A stretch of DNA of 64,000 bases. Source: an uncultured candidatus Porisulfidus sp. (GTDB taxonomy: Bacteria > Pseudomonadota > Gammaproteobacteria > Poriferisulfidales > Oxydemutatoraceae). Shown piece after piece: positions 40,590-50,674 of the stretch (position 1 is the first letter of the stretch; every line of letters starts with the position of its first letter). The stretch is from assembly GCA_965215125.1 (NCBI GenBank), contig OZ244052.1:1568001-1632000 (forward strand), written 5' to 3'. Under the pieces are notes generated by a model, which made no database searches, was not told where the DNA came from, and saw only the letters and a list, made by a program, of their open reading frames with translations. The position numbers were made by a program, and so were the translations under genes.

Positions 40590-41726
40590 ATGTTTTATAG
40601 AGAAACAAGTCATATAGTATCCAATTATATGCAAGATCGTAGCATGATACCGCTACGCCAGGATCGTTGGTTTTTGTACGCATTTTTGTTGTTCATACTG
40701 TTTGTAGTGCCTTATATCGCCGACGATTATTGGATGGGGGCTATTCTAATTCCGTTGCTGGTTTTCTCTCTTGCGTCGTTGGGTTTGAATCTATTAACAG
40801 GGTATACCGGGCAGCTGTCTCTGGGTACGGGTGGTTTTATGCTACTCGGCGCGGTCGCAACTTTCAACTTTCTATATCGCTTTGACGGAGAGATTATTCC
40901 TTTCAACATGCCGTTACCTATGGCACTATTCTTTGCCGGTGTCGTAACCGGTCTCGTCGGTGTCGTATTCGGTTTACCCAGCATCAGAATCAAAGGTTTT
41001 TATTTGCTTGTGTCTACCCTGGCAGCGCACTTTTTCATATTATGGTTTTTTAATTCTTATCGCTACTTCGTTAATTACGATCACGCCGGTGTTGTGTTGT
41101 TATCCTCCAGATATTACGAGATTACTTGGCTTCATTTTAATCCGAATAATTTTTATTTACCTGAATTGACAACACTCAATCTAAATACCTATGTAGGGAA
41201 ATACTATTTGGTGTTGGTTACCGTAATCATTCTTACGATCGCTGCCAAAAATATAGTCCGAAGTTCATTGGGACGTAACATGATGGCGGTCAGAGACATG
41301 GATATCGCTGCGAGTGTGATAGGTATCCGTGTCGGAGTGACTAAACTCATTGCGTTTTTTATCAGCACCTTTTATATCGGGGTTTCGGGTGCTTTGTTTT
41401 CTTTTTCGTACACGACCGACATCAATTTGAGGACGCACGAACTAGATCGAGCGTTTCAGGTATTATTTATGATTATTATCGGTGGCTTGGGGTCTATAGC
41501 AGGATCGTTTATGGGTGCCGCTTTTGTTTATTTGTTTGATATAGTCATCAGTCTTGTAGGCGATAAGATGCTGGGAGGCGCATTTAATTCGGCATTCGTA
41601 GAGAATTTAGGCAAGGTGATAACCGGGGTTGTGATTATCATATTGCTGATTAAAGAACCGGGTGGTTTCGCTGCGCTGTGGGGGCGTTATAAAGAAAAAC
41701 TGCGCACCTGGCCTTTTCCACATTAA
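40590..41726 (+). CDS. Branched-chain amino acid-type ABC permease (LivM-like)
   Basis: MFYRE, GLNLLTGYTGQLSLG, GLPSIRIKGFYL, AVRDMDIAA, LRTWPFPH. Confidence 0.93.
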   Translation: MFYRETSHIVSNYMQDRSMIPLRQDRWFLYAFLLFILFVVPYIADDYWMGAILIPLLVFSLASLGLNLLTGYTGQLSLGTGGFMLLGAVATFNFLYRFDGEIIPFNMPLPMALFFAGVVTGLVGVVFGLPSIRIKGFYLLVSTLAAHFFILWFFNSYRYFVNYDHAGVVLLSSRYYEITWLHFNPNNFYLPELTTLNLNTYVGKYYLVLVTVIILTIAAKNIVRSSLGRNMMAVRDMDIAASVIGIRVGVTKLIAFFISTFYIGVSGALFSFSYTTDINLRTHELDRAFQVLFMIIIGGLGSIAGSFMGAAFVYLFDIVISLVGDKMLGGAFNSAFVENLGKVITGVVIIILLIKEPGGFAALWGRYKEKLRTWPFPH

Positions 41727-41727
41727 T

Positions 41728-41812
41728 ACCATTTCCCTCCTGTGGAGGGGTGGCAGGCGCAATAGAACCGCCGATTGAGCCAGTAGGTCAATCGGCGTAA
41801 CATTGTGCAAAA
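41728..41812. repeat. Fused family A half and inverted family B repeat
   Basis: CCATTTCCCTCCTGTGGAGGGGTGGCAGGCG then TAGAACCGCCGATTGAGCCAGTAGGTCAATCGGCGTAACATTGTGCA. Confidence 0.88.
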
Positions 41813-41959
41813 TCTTAGTACATAGTACAAAATGTAAAGCCTTTCCATGGGGTGGTCGTTTTCATGTCCGAACAAACCCGAAAGTTCCCCCCCCCTCCCA
41901 CTTAGCTGTATAGAAATCTCCGATTTATATGTATAATAGGCTGGAACATAGGAGGACTT

Positions 41960-42901
41960 ATGCTAATTAAATCTAAACTTTATTCCACCCCTCGGTCGTC
42001 CGAAATTACCGCCGAGTCGGTTTATCTAAATCGCCGCAACTTTATCAAACGCAGCGGTACCGTCGCCGTCGGCTTGTCGCTAGGGACTTATGCGCATGCC
42101 ATATTAGGTCCGCTTGACAATCTTCCCGATAGTCTGTACAGCACCGACGAAGAACTTACCAGCGAGGTCTCGATTACCACCTATAATAATTTCTACGAAC
42201 TGGGCTACGGTAAATCCGATCCACATAAAAATGCAAAATATCTGAAAACGCAGCCATGGAGTATTACGGTCGGCGGCGAATGTGAAAACCCGGGCACTTA
42301 CATGCTCGAGGATTTTGTCAAACCGCATCAACTGGAAGATAGAATTTATCGTCTGCGCTGTGTAGAAGCCTGGTCTATGGTGATACCGTGGATAGGCTTC
42401 GAGGTCAACCGTATCATCGAAAAAAGCAAGCCGACTTCAAATGCCAAATATGTTGCTTTTCGTTCTATCTTGGATCGTGAGAATCTGCCCGGTCAGCGTC
42501 GTAATGTATTGGATTGGCCCTATAAAGAAGGCTTGCGTATAGACGAGGCAATGCATCCGTTGACCATCTTCTCGGTAGGTCTTTACGGCAAGGTATTACC
42601 CAATCAAAACGGTGCGCCTTTGCGGTTGGTCGTGCCGTGGAAATACGGTTTCAAAAGCATTAAGTCCATCGTCGCAATGGATTTCACCGAACAAGAACCG
42701 CCTACCGCATGGAACCGATCCGCACCTCACGAATACGGGTTTTATTCAAATGTTAATCCCGAGGTCAGTCACCCTAGATGGTCGCAGCGGCGCGAACGAC
42801 GTATCGGCGAGTTCGGCAAACGAGACACTTTGAAATTCAACGGTTATGAAGAGGAAGTTGCAAGTTTATACAGTGGAATGGATTTGAGTAAATACTTCTA
42901 A
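41960..42901 (+). CDS. msrP: Protein-methionine-sulfoxide reductase catalytic subunit
   Basis: Tat motif [47 protein letters not shown]. Confidence 0.97.
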   Translation: MLIKSKLYSTPRSSEITAESVYLNRRNFIKRSGTVAVGLSLGTYAHAILGPLDNLPDSLYSTDEELTSEVSITTYNNFYELGYGKSDPHKNAKYLKTQPWSITVGGECENPGTYMLEDFVKPHQLEDRIYRLRCVEAWSMVIPWIGFEVNRIIEKSKPTSNAKYVAFRSILDRENLPGQRRNVLDWPYKEGLRIDEAMHPLTIFSVGLYGKVLPNQNGAPLRLVVPWKYGFKSIKSIVAMDFTEQEPPTAWNRSAPHEYGFYSNVNPEVSHPRWSQRRERRIGEFGKRDTLKFNGYEEEVASLYSGMDLSKYF

Positions 42902-42911
42902 AATAGTAGAA

Positions 42912-43517
42912 ATGACCTTGCCTGCGCCACCTTTATTGCCGAGCAGGATAACCGTACACGGCGCGTGTTTGTTGCCCTTTTTATATTTGCTCTATGCGGG
43001 TTTCAATAACGACCTCGGTGCCAACCCTATTGAATATATCACCAGATTCACCGGCGATTGGACCTTGCGCATGTTACTGATAGTGCTTGCGTTCAGACCT
43101 TGGGTGCATTTAACGAATATGCGTTGGCTGTTGCGTCATCGTCGCGCAGTAGGCTTGTATAGCTTTTTTTACGCATCCTGCCATTTCACGACCTATATAT
43201 GGCTGGATCAGTTTTTTGATTGGCAGTCCATCGTTATTGATATTCTGGATCGTCCTTTTATTTTTGCAGGGTTTGCCGCTTTCGTACTACTCGTTCCATT
43301 GGCAATAACCTCCAATAATCGCGCAGTCCGCTATTTGCAACATCGCTGGACTATATTACATCGCTTGGTTTATGTTATCGCCGCCGTCGGTTTGGTTCAC
43401 TACTGGTGGTTGATACGAGCCGATTACTTAAAGGCGTGGATTTATCTGAGTATACTGACTTTATTGCTGGGTTATCGCTTCGCACTCTATCTGCGACAAG
43501 TACACCAATATCGCTAA
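42912..43517 (+). CDS. msrQ: MsrPQ heme-binding membrane subunit
   Basis: LGANPIE...TGDW, RRAVGL, W..LHRLVY, HYWW. Confidence 0.95.
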   Translation: MTLPAPPLLPSRITVHGACLLPFLYLLYAGFNNDLGANPIEYITRFTGDWTLRMLLIVLAFRPWVHLTNMRWLLRHRRAVGLYSFFYASCHFTTYIWLDQFFDWQSIVIDILDRPFIFAGFAAFVLLVPLAITSNNRAVRYLQHRWTILHRLVYVIAAVGLVHYWWLIRADYLKAWIYLSILTLLLGYRFALYLRQVHQYR

Positions 43518-43587
43518 CATTCCTCACGGGGACATGTGGCACCAGTCGGCTATAATGAACTTTTGCAATTCAAATAGACGAAGGAAA

Positions 43588-44457
43588 ATGAAGGTATACA
43601 TTTCAAAGAAAATTATGCAGTTAAATAGCAAGCGGGCAGTGACCGGCATTGCTGCCGTGTTGTTTTTATTATTGTTATCCGCGCTAACATCTGCCAGCGC
43701 GTATCAGGTGGGAGAAACTTTTCGCGATTGTGCGACATGTCCGGAGATGGTCGTGTTGCCGGCAGGAGAGTTCACGATGGGTTTTCCCGCAGGGGAGAGA
43801 GGAATAGGCGATAAAGAAGCACCACAACGTCGGGTCACTATTCCCAAACCTTTTGCGGTGGGCAAATACGAAGTGACCGTAGGGCAATATGAAGAGTTTG
43901 TTCAGGAGACAAAACATAACACCGAAAATTGTAATTTTCTGAGAGGTAAATCTTGGGATGATCCGGGTTTTAATCAAACCAGTGATCATCCGATAGTATG
44001 TGTTTCTTGGTATGATGTTTCAGCATACGCCTCTTGGTTATCAACGAAAACCGGACATAAATACAGGTTACTGACCGAGGCGGAATGGGAATATGCGGCT
44101 CGTGCCGGAACAACGACGGCGTATCATTTCGGCAGAATGATTTCTTCTAATCAGGCCCGGTATGATAGCAACGGACCTGTAGCAGTAGGCGGTTTTTCCG
44201 CAAATGCATTCGGGTTACACGACATGCACGGCAATGTATGGGAATGGGTAGAGGATTGCTGGCACATTAAACACAAAGATGCACCAACCGACGGTAGTGC
44301 GTGGCTTAACAGATGTGAAGGAAAAAGAATGGTACGCGGCGGTGCTTGGGACACTATAAACCCGGACTTAGTGAAATCCGCATATCGCTATAGGGAAAGC
44401 GAGAATTATCGCAGATTCAGCCTCGGGTTTCGAATTGCCCGCGACCTTACTTCATAA
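43588..44457 (+). CDS. Exported FGE-sulfatase (SUMF1/CLec-fold) domain protein
   Basis: Signal peptide, FRDCATCPEMV, KYEVT, RLLTEAEWEYAARAG, NAFGLHDMHGNVWEW, RGGAW...GFRIAR. Confidence 0.92.
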   Translation: MKVYISKKIMQLNSKRAVTGIAAVLFLLLLSALTSASAYQVGETFRDCATCPEMVVLPAGEFTMGFPAGERGIGDKEAPQRRVTIPKPFAVGKYEVTVGQYEEFVQETKHNTENCNFLRGKSWDDPGFNQTSDHPIVCVSWYDVSAYASWLSTKTGHKYRLLTEAEWEYAARAGTTTAYHFGRMISSNQARYDSNGPVAVGGFSANAFGLHDMHGNVWEWVEDCWHIKHKDAPTDGSAWLNRCEGKRMVRGGAWDTINPDLVKSAYRYRESENYRRFSLGFRIARDLTS

Positions 44458-44593
44458 GTCCTTAAATCTTCACCTCTTCAAAAGCCCTACTTGAGTTTTG
44501 GGCTTATGCACGATTATCGCCTATAATAGGAACCTTATCCATTAAAGCAAGTGTGCTTTTATCAATTATTCATAAACAATATAGGAATGACCG

Positions 44594-45844
44594 ATGTTCA
44601 AAAAAGATATGACCATAGCTTCGTTTGACCCCGAGTTGGCCGAAGCACTCGCCGCCGAGCGTGAGCGGCAAGAAGATCATGTAGAATTGATTGCTTCCGA
44701 GAATTATGCAAGTCCTCGCGTATTGGAAGCGCAAGGTTCTATCATGACCAACAAATATGCCGAGGGCTATCCCAATAAGCGATATTACGGTGGGTGTGAG
44801 CATGTAGATGTCGCCGAGCAGCTTGCAATAGATCGTTTGAAGGAACTGTACGGTGCGGATTATGCGAATGTGCAGCCCCATTCCGGTTCGCAAGCCAACG
44901 CTGCAGTTTATTTGGCACTGTGCGACCCCGGCGACACTATACTCGGTATGAGCTTGGCTCACGGTGGTCATTTGACGCACGGGGCTAAAGTAAATTTTTC
45001 GGGTCAAGTTTTTAATGCGGTACAGTACGGCATAGACGATAACGGCTTGCTCGATTACGACGAGATAGAGAGCCTAGCCTTGGAACATAAACCGAAAATG
45101 GTGATTGCCGGCTTTTCCGCTTATTCGCAGATTGTGGATTGGGCGCGGATGAGGCAAATAGCCGATCAAGTCGGGGCTTACCTGGTGGTTGATATGGCGC
45201 ATGTATCGGGTTTGGTGGCAGCGGATGCATACCCCAATCCGGTACCTCATGCCGATGTGGTTACTTCAACCACTCATAAGACTTTAAGAGGTCCGCGTAG
45301 CGGCTTTATTATCTGCAGACACAACGAGGAGATCGAGAAAAAAATAAATTCTATGGTCTTTCCGGGTATGCAAGGCGGTCCCTTGATGCATGTAATCGCC
45401 GCCAAAGCCGTTGCCTTTAAGGAAGCGTTGCAGCCCGACTTCAAAGAGTATATCGCCGAAGTTAAAAGTAATGCCAAGCTGATGGCGAACACTTTGATTG
45501 ACAGAGGCTACGAAGTCGTATCGGGCGGTACCGAGAACCATCTGATGTTGGTCAGTTTGATCTCTAAAGAGATAACCGGTAAGGATGCCGATGCCGCGCT
45601 CGGAAGAGCCAATATCACCGTCAATAAGAATAGCGTGCCTAAAGACCCTAAGTCGCCTTTTGTTACCAGCGGTTTGCGCTTCGGCACCCCGGCGATCACC
45701 ACGCGTGGCTTTGACGGCGAGGCTGTGGAGCAGTTGACCCATCTAGTCTGCGATGTATTGGACGATATCGGAGATGAGGATAAAATCAAAGCGGTCAAGG
45801 AGCAAGCCTTGAGTTTATGCAGACGTCATCCGGTCTATAACTGA
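44594..45844 (+). CDS. glyA: Serine hydroxymethyltransferase
   Basis: [46 protein letters not shown]. Confidence 0.98.
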   Translation: MFKKDMTIASFDPELAEALAAERERQEDHVELIASENYASPRVLEAQGSIMTNKYAEGYPNKRYYGGCEHVDVAEQLAIDRLKELYGADYANVQPHSGSQANAAVYLALCDPGDTILGMSLAHGGHLTHGAKVNFSGQVFNAVQYGIDDNGLLDYDEIESLALEHKPKMVIAGFSAYSQIVDWARMRQIADQVGAYLVVDMAHVSGLVAADAYPNPVPHADVVTSTTHKTLRGPRSGFIICRHNEEIEKKINSMVFPGMQGGPLMHVIAAKAVAFKEALQPDFKEYIAEVKSNAKLMANTLIDRGYEVVSGGTENHLMLVSLISKEITGKDADAALGRANITVNKNSVPKDPKSPFVTSGLRFGTPAITTRGFDGEAVEQLTHLVCDVLDDIGDEDKIKAVKEQALSLCRRHPVYN

Positions 45845-45923
45845 TCGGAACAGTCCGACAACGGTTTGAGTGAAAACCGCAATGTGTCGTACATATATAG
45901 GGGAGGTTGTCGGATAAGCGAAG

Positions 45924-47057
45924 ATGCAGCAATTCAGTGAGCGCGACCAATACTACATGTCCAAGGCATTGGCTTTGGCGGAACTCGGACGGTATACGGT
46001 CGGTATCAATCCTATGGTTGCTTGCATCATTGTCCGAGACGATAAGGTTATCGCCGAAGCCTATCATCGCCGCACCGGTGAGGCACACGCCGAACCTTTG
46101 GCACTTGCACAAGCGGGAGATAATGCCGGAGATGCCACGGTCTATGTGACTCTGGAACCGTGTGTACATCAAGGGCGCACCCCGCCGTGCGTACCGGCAC
46201 TGATAGCGGCGAAAGTCAAACGCGTTGTGATTGCAATGCAAGACCCTAACCCCCGAGTGCACGGGCAAGGCATCTCCGAATTAAAAACCGCCGGCATACA
46301 AGTTGAATATGGTTTATTTTCCGACCGAGCGCGAGAATTGAATCGTGGTTTTGTGTCGCGTATCGAACGAAGACGACCTTGGCTGCGGCTTAAATCGGCA
46401 ATCAGCCTAGACGGACATATAGCATTGGGCTCCGGTAAAAGTGCATGGATTAGCGGCGAGGAAGCAAGACGCGATGTGCAATTCTGGCGCGCCCGAAGCA
46501 GTGCGCTATTGACCAGCAGTCGTACGGTGCAGGCGGATGATCCGCAGTTGACCGTACGCATTGCCGCCGAAGATTTAGGTATAGAAGGTACCGTCAGACA
46601 ACCGCTACGCATCGTATTGGATAGCCGGTTGCTCACTTCGCCCGAAGCGAAAATCTATAATCCCGATGCCGAAACCGTTGTTGTTTGTTGCGATGATGTT
46701 GCGACCGAAGCGCGGCAAAGTGAATTTGAGCGATGTGGTGTCAAGATATTATCGATGCCGACCACAAAACCGCGTATCCCCTTATTAGAGCTACTGGAAA
46801 CCTTAGCCGACCGATACGAGCTCAACGAAATACAAGTGGAGGCCGGTGGCGTGTTATTCGGTGCTATCATAGAAGCCGGCTTGTGCGACGAATTGCTGTT
46901 GTATATAGCACCTTGTTTGTTGGGCGCAGAGAGTAAAAAGCTGGCGGAGTTCGACGATATTATACAAACGATGGAAGAGCGTATTAATTTTAGTTACAAA
47001 GAAGTGATGAATATCGGCAAAGATATTCGCGTATTGTTGGAACCGTGTCCACGATAG
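45924..47057 (+). CDS. ribD: Riboflavin biosynthesis deaminase/reductase
   Basis: HAE, TLEPCVHQGRTPPC, SLDG, DDPQLTVR, VEAGG. Confidence 0.96.
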   Translation: MQQFSERDQYYMSKALALAELGRYTVGINPMVACIIVRDDKVIAEAYHRRTGEAHAEPLALAQAGDNAGDATVYVTLEPCVHQGRTPPCVPALIAAKVKRVVIAMQDPNPRVHGQGISELKTAGIQVEYGLFSDRARELNRGFVSRIERRRPWLRLKSAISLDGHIALGSGKSAWISGEEARRDVQFWRARSSALLTSSRTVQADDPQLTVRIAAEDLGIEGTVRQPLRIVLDSRLLTSPEAKIYNPDAETVVVCCDDVATEARQSEFERCGVKILSMPTTKPRIPLLELLETLADRYELNEIQVEAGGVLFGAIIEAGLCDELLLYIAPCLLGAESKKLAEFDDIIQTMEERINFSYKEVMNIGKDIRVLLEPCPR

Positions 47058-47632
47058 TCGTAGTACGCAAGCACGATCGGGCGTGTATCGCTGCCGACAC
47101 ATTGGCTACGATGGGTGATCTAAAGCAAAGTAGTAGCTATGATTTGGCGCATGAAAAAATTTTGTGTTATCAATCGAATTATATAGGCATCACCGGTAGC
47201 AGTGCGCACGATGTAGTACTCAGAAGCCTGCTCGCGGAAGACAATGCCCGATACGATTTCAGTTCGCGGATGGCGATTTTTGAATCCTTCCGCACGATAC
47301 ACGAGATATTAAAAGAACGTTATTATCTGAACACCAAAGAAGAGGGCGACGGAGAACCGCAAGCACCGTACGAATCTAGCCGTATTGATGCGTTGATTGT
47401 CAACCCTTACGGCATCTTCGGTGTATTTGCGCTTAGAGAGGTCTGCGTTTATTCAAAATACTGGGCTATAGGTTCCGGTGCCGAGATTGCACTCGGTGCC
47501 ATGTATGCCTGTTATGACGAACAGCAAGATGTAGAGACTATTGCGCGCATTGCCATCGAAGCAAGTGCCGAGTTCAATACTGCCACCGCTTTGCCGATAA
47601 CGAGCTATACACTACCTCTAGAAACACCATAA
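47045..47632 (+). CDS. Proteasome beta-subunit-like Ntn protease (BPH/HslV-like)
   Basis: N-terminus STIVVVRK...CIAADTL, WAIGSGAEIALGAM. Confidence 0.75.
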   Translation: MSTIVVVRKHDRACIAADTLATMGDLKQSSSYDLAHEKILCYQSNYIGITGSSAHDVVLRSLLAEDNARYDFSSRMAIFESFRTIHEILKERYYLNTKEEGDGEPQAPYESSRIDALIVNPYGIFGVFALREVCVYSKYWAIGSGAEIALGAMYACYDEQQDVETIARIAIEASAEFNTATALPITSYTLPLETP

Positions 47633-47760
47633 ACGACAACCCAAGTGGTGGTTATGCCGTTCGTCGGAAAGATAGGTCGGTTTATCGGGATGCCAAAAAT
47701 TCGGGTTTTTGTGGGTTGTAAAATGGCAATTTTCATATAATATACGGAGGTGAATTGATT

Positions 47761-48126
47761 ATGGTTCATAAAGCGATTATACATAAAACACCGGCAAAAA
47801 TTCCCGGTGTAAGTAAAGAGGAAGCACATATGACAACAGATAGTTTGGTTTATGCCAACGATATAACTATCAAGGAAGCCATCAAGGATATGGCAACTAA
47901 AGCCGATATCAAGGATATGGCAACTAAAGCCGATATCAAAGATATGGCAACCAAAGCCGATATCAAAGACATAGAATCGCGCATGGCTACTAAAAGGGAT
48001 ATTGATGGCCTTAGAGTAGAAATTGCAAAACTGGAAACTCGAATGACGAGACAGCAAATAGTTCATACAGGGGTTGTCATCGCCTCGATTAGTTTCATAA
48101 TGCTGCTGATGGAATTCTTTACATAG
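47761..48126 (+). CDS. DUF1640/CCDC90-like coiled-coil protein with C-terminal TM
   Basis: GGAGG RBS; repeated KDMATKADI nonamers, LRVEIAKLETR coil, hydrophobic C-terminus. Confidence 0.75.
   Translation: MVHKAIIHKTPAKIPGVSKEEAHMTTDSLVYANDITIKEAIKDMATKADIKDMATKADIKDMATKADIKDIESRMATKRDIDGLRVEIAKLETRMTRQQIVHTGVVIASISFIMLLMEFFT
47881..47969 (+). repeat. In-frame 27-bp tandem repeat (about 3.3 copies)
   Basis: ATCAAGGATATGGCAACTAAAGCCGAT x2, ATCAAAGATATGGCAACCAAAGCCGAT, ATCAAAGA. Confidence 0.95.
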
Positions 48127-48194
48127 ATTCTAATCTCATCCACATGATAGACTCCTGCCGAATCAAGAAAATGTATATTTCTATATTTATGGGT

Positions 48195-48200
48195 TATAAT
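48195..48200 (+). promoter_or_regulatory. Sigma70 -10 box upstream of the leuA leader
   Basis: Perfect TATAAT ending 6 nt before the leader ATG. Confidence 0.5.
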
Positions 48201-48206
48201 GCCCGC

Positions 48207-48293
48207 ATGAATTATTCAATCACAAATTCTAATAACCGATACGGGCAACATAAGGCATTGCTGCGATGCCTACTTCCGCGATTGCCGCACTGA
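48207..48293 (+). promoter_or_regulatory. Leucine-rich leader peptide / attenuator of leuA
   Basis: MNYSITNSNNRYGQHKALLRCLLPRLPH*: five Leu codons clustered before TGA; the stop lies in the hairpin TGCCGC-ACTGAC-GCGGCA. Confidence 0.7.
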
Positions 48294-48369
48294 CGCGGCA
48301 GAACAATAGCTGGCGAGCTTAGAGACGCACAATCACTTTATATTCTGATTTTTAACAACGGAGAGACTT

Positions 48370-49917
48370 ATGTCGGCTAAAGAAAAGCTAATTATATTTG
48401 ATACTACTTTAAGAGACGGCGAACAAAGCCCGGGAGCATCTATGACCCGAGATGAAAAGTTAAGGATTGCAAAAGCCCTCGAGAAGTTGCGAGTAGATGT
48501 CATAGAAGCAGGCTTCCCGATTGCCAGCCCGGGAGATTTTCAAGCGGTGCAAGAAATTGCCCGAACGATCAAACAGAGCACGGTTTGCGGGCTTGCGCGT
48601 GCATTGGAGAAAGACATAAAAAAGGCTGCCGAAGCATTGAAAGGTGCTGCCTCCGGGCGTATACACACCTTCATTGCATCGTCGCCCATACATATAAAAA
48701 ACAAGCTGCGTATGACACCCGATCAGGTACTGGAGCAGGCGGTAGCGGCTGTCCGGCTTGCGCGACAATACACCGATGATGTGGAGTTTTCTCCCGAAGA
48801 TGCCGGGCGTTCCGAAATTGATTTTTTATGCCGTCTGGTCGAAAGCACGATCGCAGCAGGTGCCAAAACCATCAATATCCCGGACACGGTAGGCTACAGC
48901 ATGCCCGAGCAATTCGGCAATCTAATCGGCACCCTATTGGATAAAGTGCCGAACGCCGACAAAGCGGTTTTCTCTACCCATTGCCATAACGACTTGGGTT
49001 TGGCGGTCGCGAATTCATTGAGTGCGGTCAGACAAGGTGCAAGGCAAGTAGAATGTACCATCAACGGTTTGGGTGAGCGCGCCGGCAATGCAGCACTTGA
49101 GGAGATTGTGATGACAGTCCATACTCGTTCCGATATATTTGATTGCACCACAAATATAGATACGCATCAAATCGTGCCGATATCACGGCTGGTTGCCGGC
49201 ATCACCGGTTTTCCGGTTCAACCTAATAAAGCGATCGTCGGTGCGAACGCCTTTGCTCACGAATCCGGCATACACCAAGACGGTGTGCTCAAGTATAGAG
49301 AGACCTACGAAATCATGCGCTCCGAAGATGTGGGTTGGAGCTCCAACCGTATCGTATTGGGCAAACATTCCGGGCGTAATGCATTCAAGACGCGTTTGCA
49401 AGAATTGGGTGTTACATTTTCTAACACCAATGATTTGAACGATGCGTTTGAACGTTTCAAATTATTGGCGGATAAAAAGGAAGAGATTTACGATGAAGAC
49501 CTGCAGGCGTTGGTATCCGATAGTGCGTCGGTAAATGCAGAAGAGTACTACCGCTTGGATTGGCTCAGTGTTACTTCCGAAAGCGGCACGCGACCTTGCG
49601 CAAAGATCACCCTACGCGTGGAAGATACCGAGCACCGAGCCGAGGCACAGGGTAGTGGTCCGGTTGATGCCGCGTTCAAGGCGATAGAGTCCGTAGCTCA
49701 AAGTGGCGGTGAGTTAATGTTATATTCGGTGAATAATATCACCACCGGCACCGACTCTCAGGGCGAGGTTACCGTGCGTCTGTCCAAAGGCGGGCGCGTG
49801 GTCAACGGTCTGGGCGTGGATACCGACATCGTCATTGCGTCGGCTAAAGCTTATGTGAACGCGCTGAATAAATTATCCGTCGGAGGCAAGGCGCATCCTC
49901 AACTCGGACATATCTGA
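48370..49917 (+). CDS. leuA: 2-isopropylmalate synthase
   Basis: [42 protein letters not shown], regulatory domain GSGPVDA. Confidence 0.98.
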   Translation: MSAKEKLIIFDTTLRDGEQSPGASMTRDEKLRIAKALEKLRVDVIEAGFPIASPGDFQAVQEIARTIKQSTVCGLARALEKDIKKAAEALKGAASGRIHTFIASSPIHIKNKLRMTPDQVLEQAVAAVRLARQYTDDVEFSPEDAGRSEIDFLCRLVESTIAAGAKTINIPDTVGYSMPEQFGNLIGTLLDKVPNADKAVFSTHCHNDLGLAVANSLSAVRQGARQVECTINGLGERAGNAALEEIVMTVHTRSDIFDCTTNIDTHQIVPISRLVAGITGFPVQPNKAIVGANAFAHESGIHQDGVLKYRETYEIMRSEDVGWSSNRIVLGKHSGRNAFKTRLQELGVTFSNTNDLNDAFERFKLLADKKEEIYDEDLQALVSDSASVNAEEYYRLDWLSVTSESGTRPCAKITLRVEDTEHRAEAQGSGPVDAAFKAIESVAQSGGELMLYSVNNITTGTDSQGEVTVRLSKGGRVVNGLGVDTDIVIASAKAYVNALNKLSVGGKAHPQLGHI

Positions 49918-49926
49918 AGTTATTGA

Positions 49927-50673
49927 ATGTCGGTCCAAAAGTCACTTTATCTGCAATACATGGGTATAGAACCCTGTGTGCTTCGTTCGTCCTTACAAGC
50001 CCCTGAACAAGCTTTGCCCTCGACCGAAGGCCAAGCCGAGGTAACGGTGCAAGCGAACCCCGATATCGGGCAACCTGCTACTCAACCGTCCCAACCGGAC
50101 GATGGACTTACAACGCCGCAATGGCAGAGTTTGGAACTAGAAGTTGTGAACTGCAAAAAATGTATTTTGTATCAAACCCGCACGCAAACCGTATTCGGTG
50201 TAGGCGACAAAAAAGCTCAATGGATGTTTATCGGCGAGGCACCGGGATTCGAAGAAGATAAAAAAGGTGAACCTTTTGTCGGTCGTGCCGGACAGTTATT
50301 GACCAAAATGCTCAAAGCGATCGGTTTTGATCGGCACGAAGTTTATATCGCCAATATCATTAAATGCAGACCGCCCGATAATCGCAACCCGCGTCTCGAA
50401 GAGATAGTGCAATGCCTCTCCTATTTGTATAGTCAAATTGCACTGGTGCAACCCGAGATTATCGTCTTATTAGGCGGGGTTGCGGCAAACGCTTTATTAA
50501 AAGGGCAAACACCGGTGTCGCGTTTGCGCGGCCGGATACACCGTATAGAAAATACCCGAGCACCGGTTATCGTAACCTACCATCCCGCTTATTTGCTTAG
50601 GTCTCCGAACCAAAAAGCGGCAGCATGGGAAGATTTACAGTTTGCCTGTAAAACAATAGGACGGAAGTTATAA
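49927..50673 (+). CDS. Uracil-DNA glycosylase family 4
   Basis: CKKC.L...R..VFG.G, IGEAPG..ED..GEPFVGRAG, KCRPP.NR.P, TYHPAYLLR. Confidence 0.95.
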   Translation: MSVQKSLYLQYMGIEPCVLRSSLQAPEQALPSTEGQAEVTVQANPDIGQPATQPSQPDDGLTTPQWQSLELEVVNCKKCILYQTRTQTVFGVGDKKAQWMFIGEAPGFEEDKKGEPFVGRAGQLLTKMLKAIGFDRHEVYIANIIKCRPPDNRNPRLEEIVQCLSYLYSQIALVQPEIIVLLGGVAANALLKGQTPVSRLRGRIHRIENTRAPVIVTYHPAYLLRSPNQKAAAWEDLQFACKTIGRKL

Positions 50674-50674
50674 G

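Noticed and set aside
43588-44506. Complete DGR cassette in this window
   Set aside because: No reverse transcriptase, Avd or adenine-variant template repeat found; only a possible target is reported.
45845-45923. FMN riboswitch upstream of ribD
   Set aside because: Too short and lacks the conserved RFN sequence blocks.
44570-46870. Long antisense ORFs over glyA/ribD (and similar ones over acnA, leuC, hflX)
   Set aside because: They lie opposite well-conserved genes, have no recognisable motifs and are expected from codon bias.
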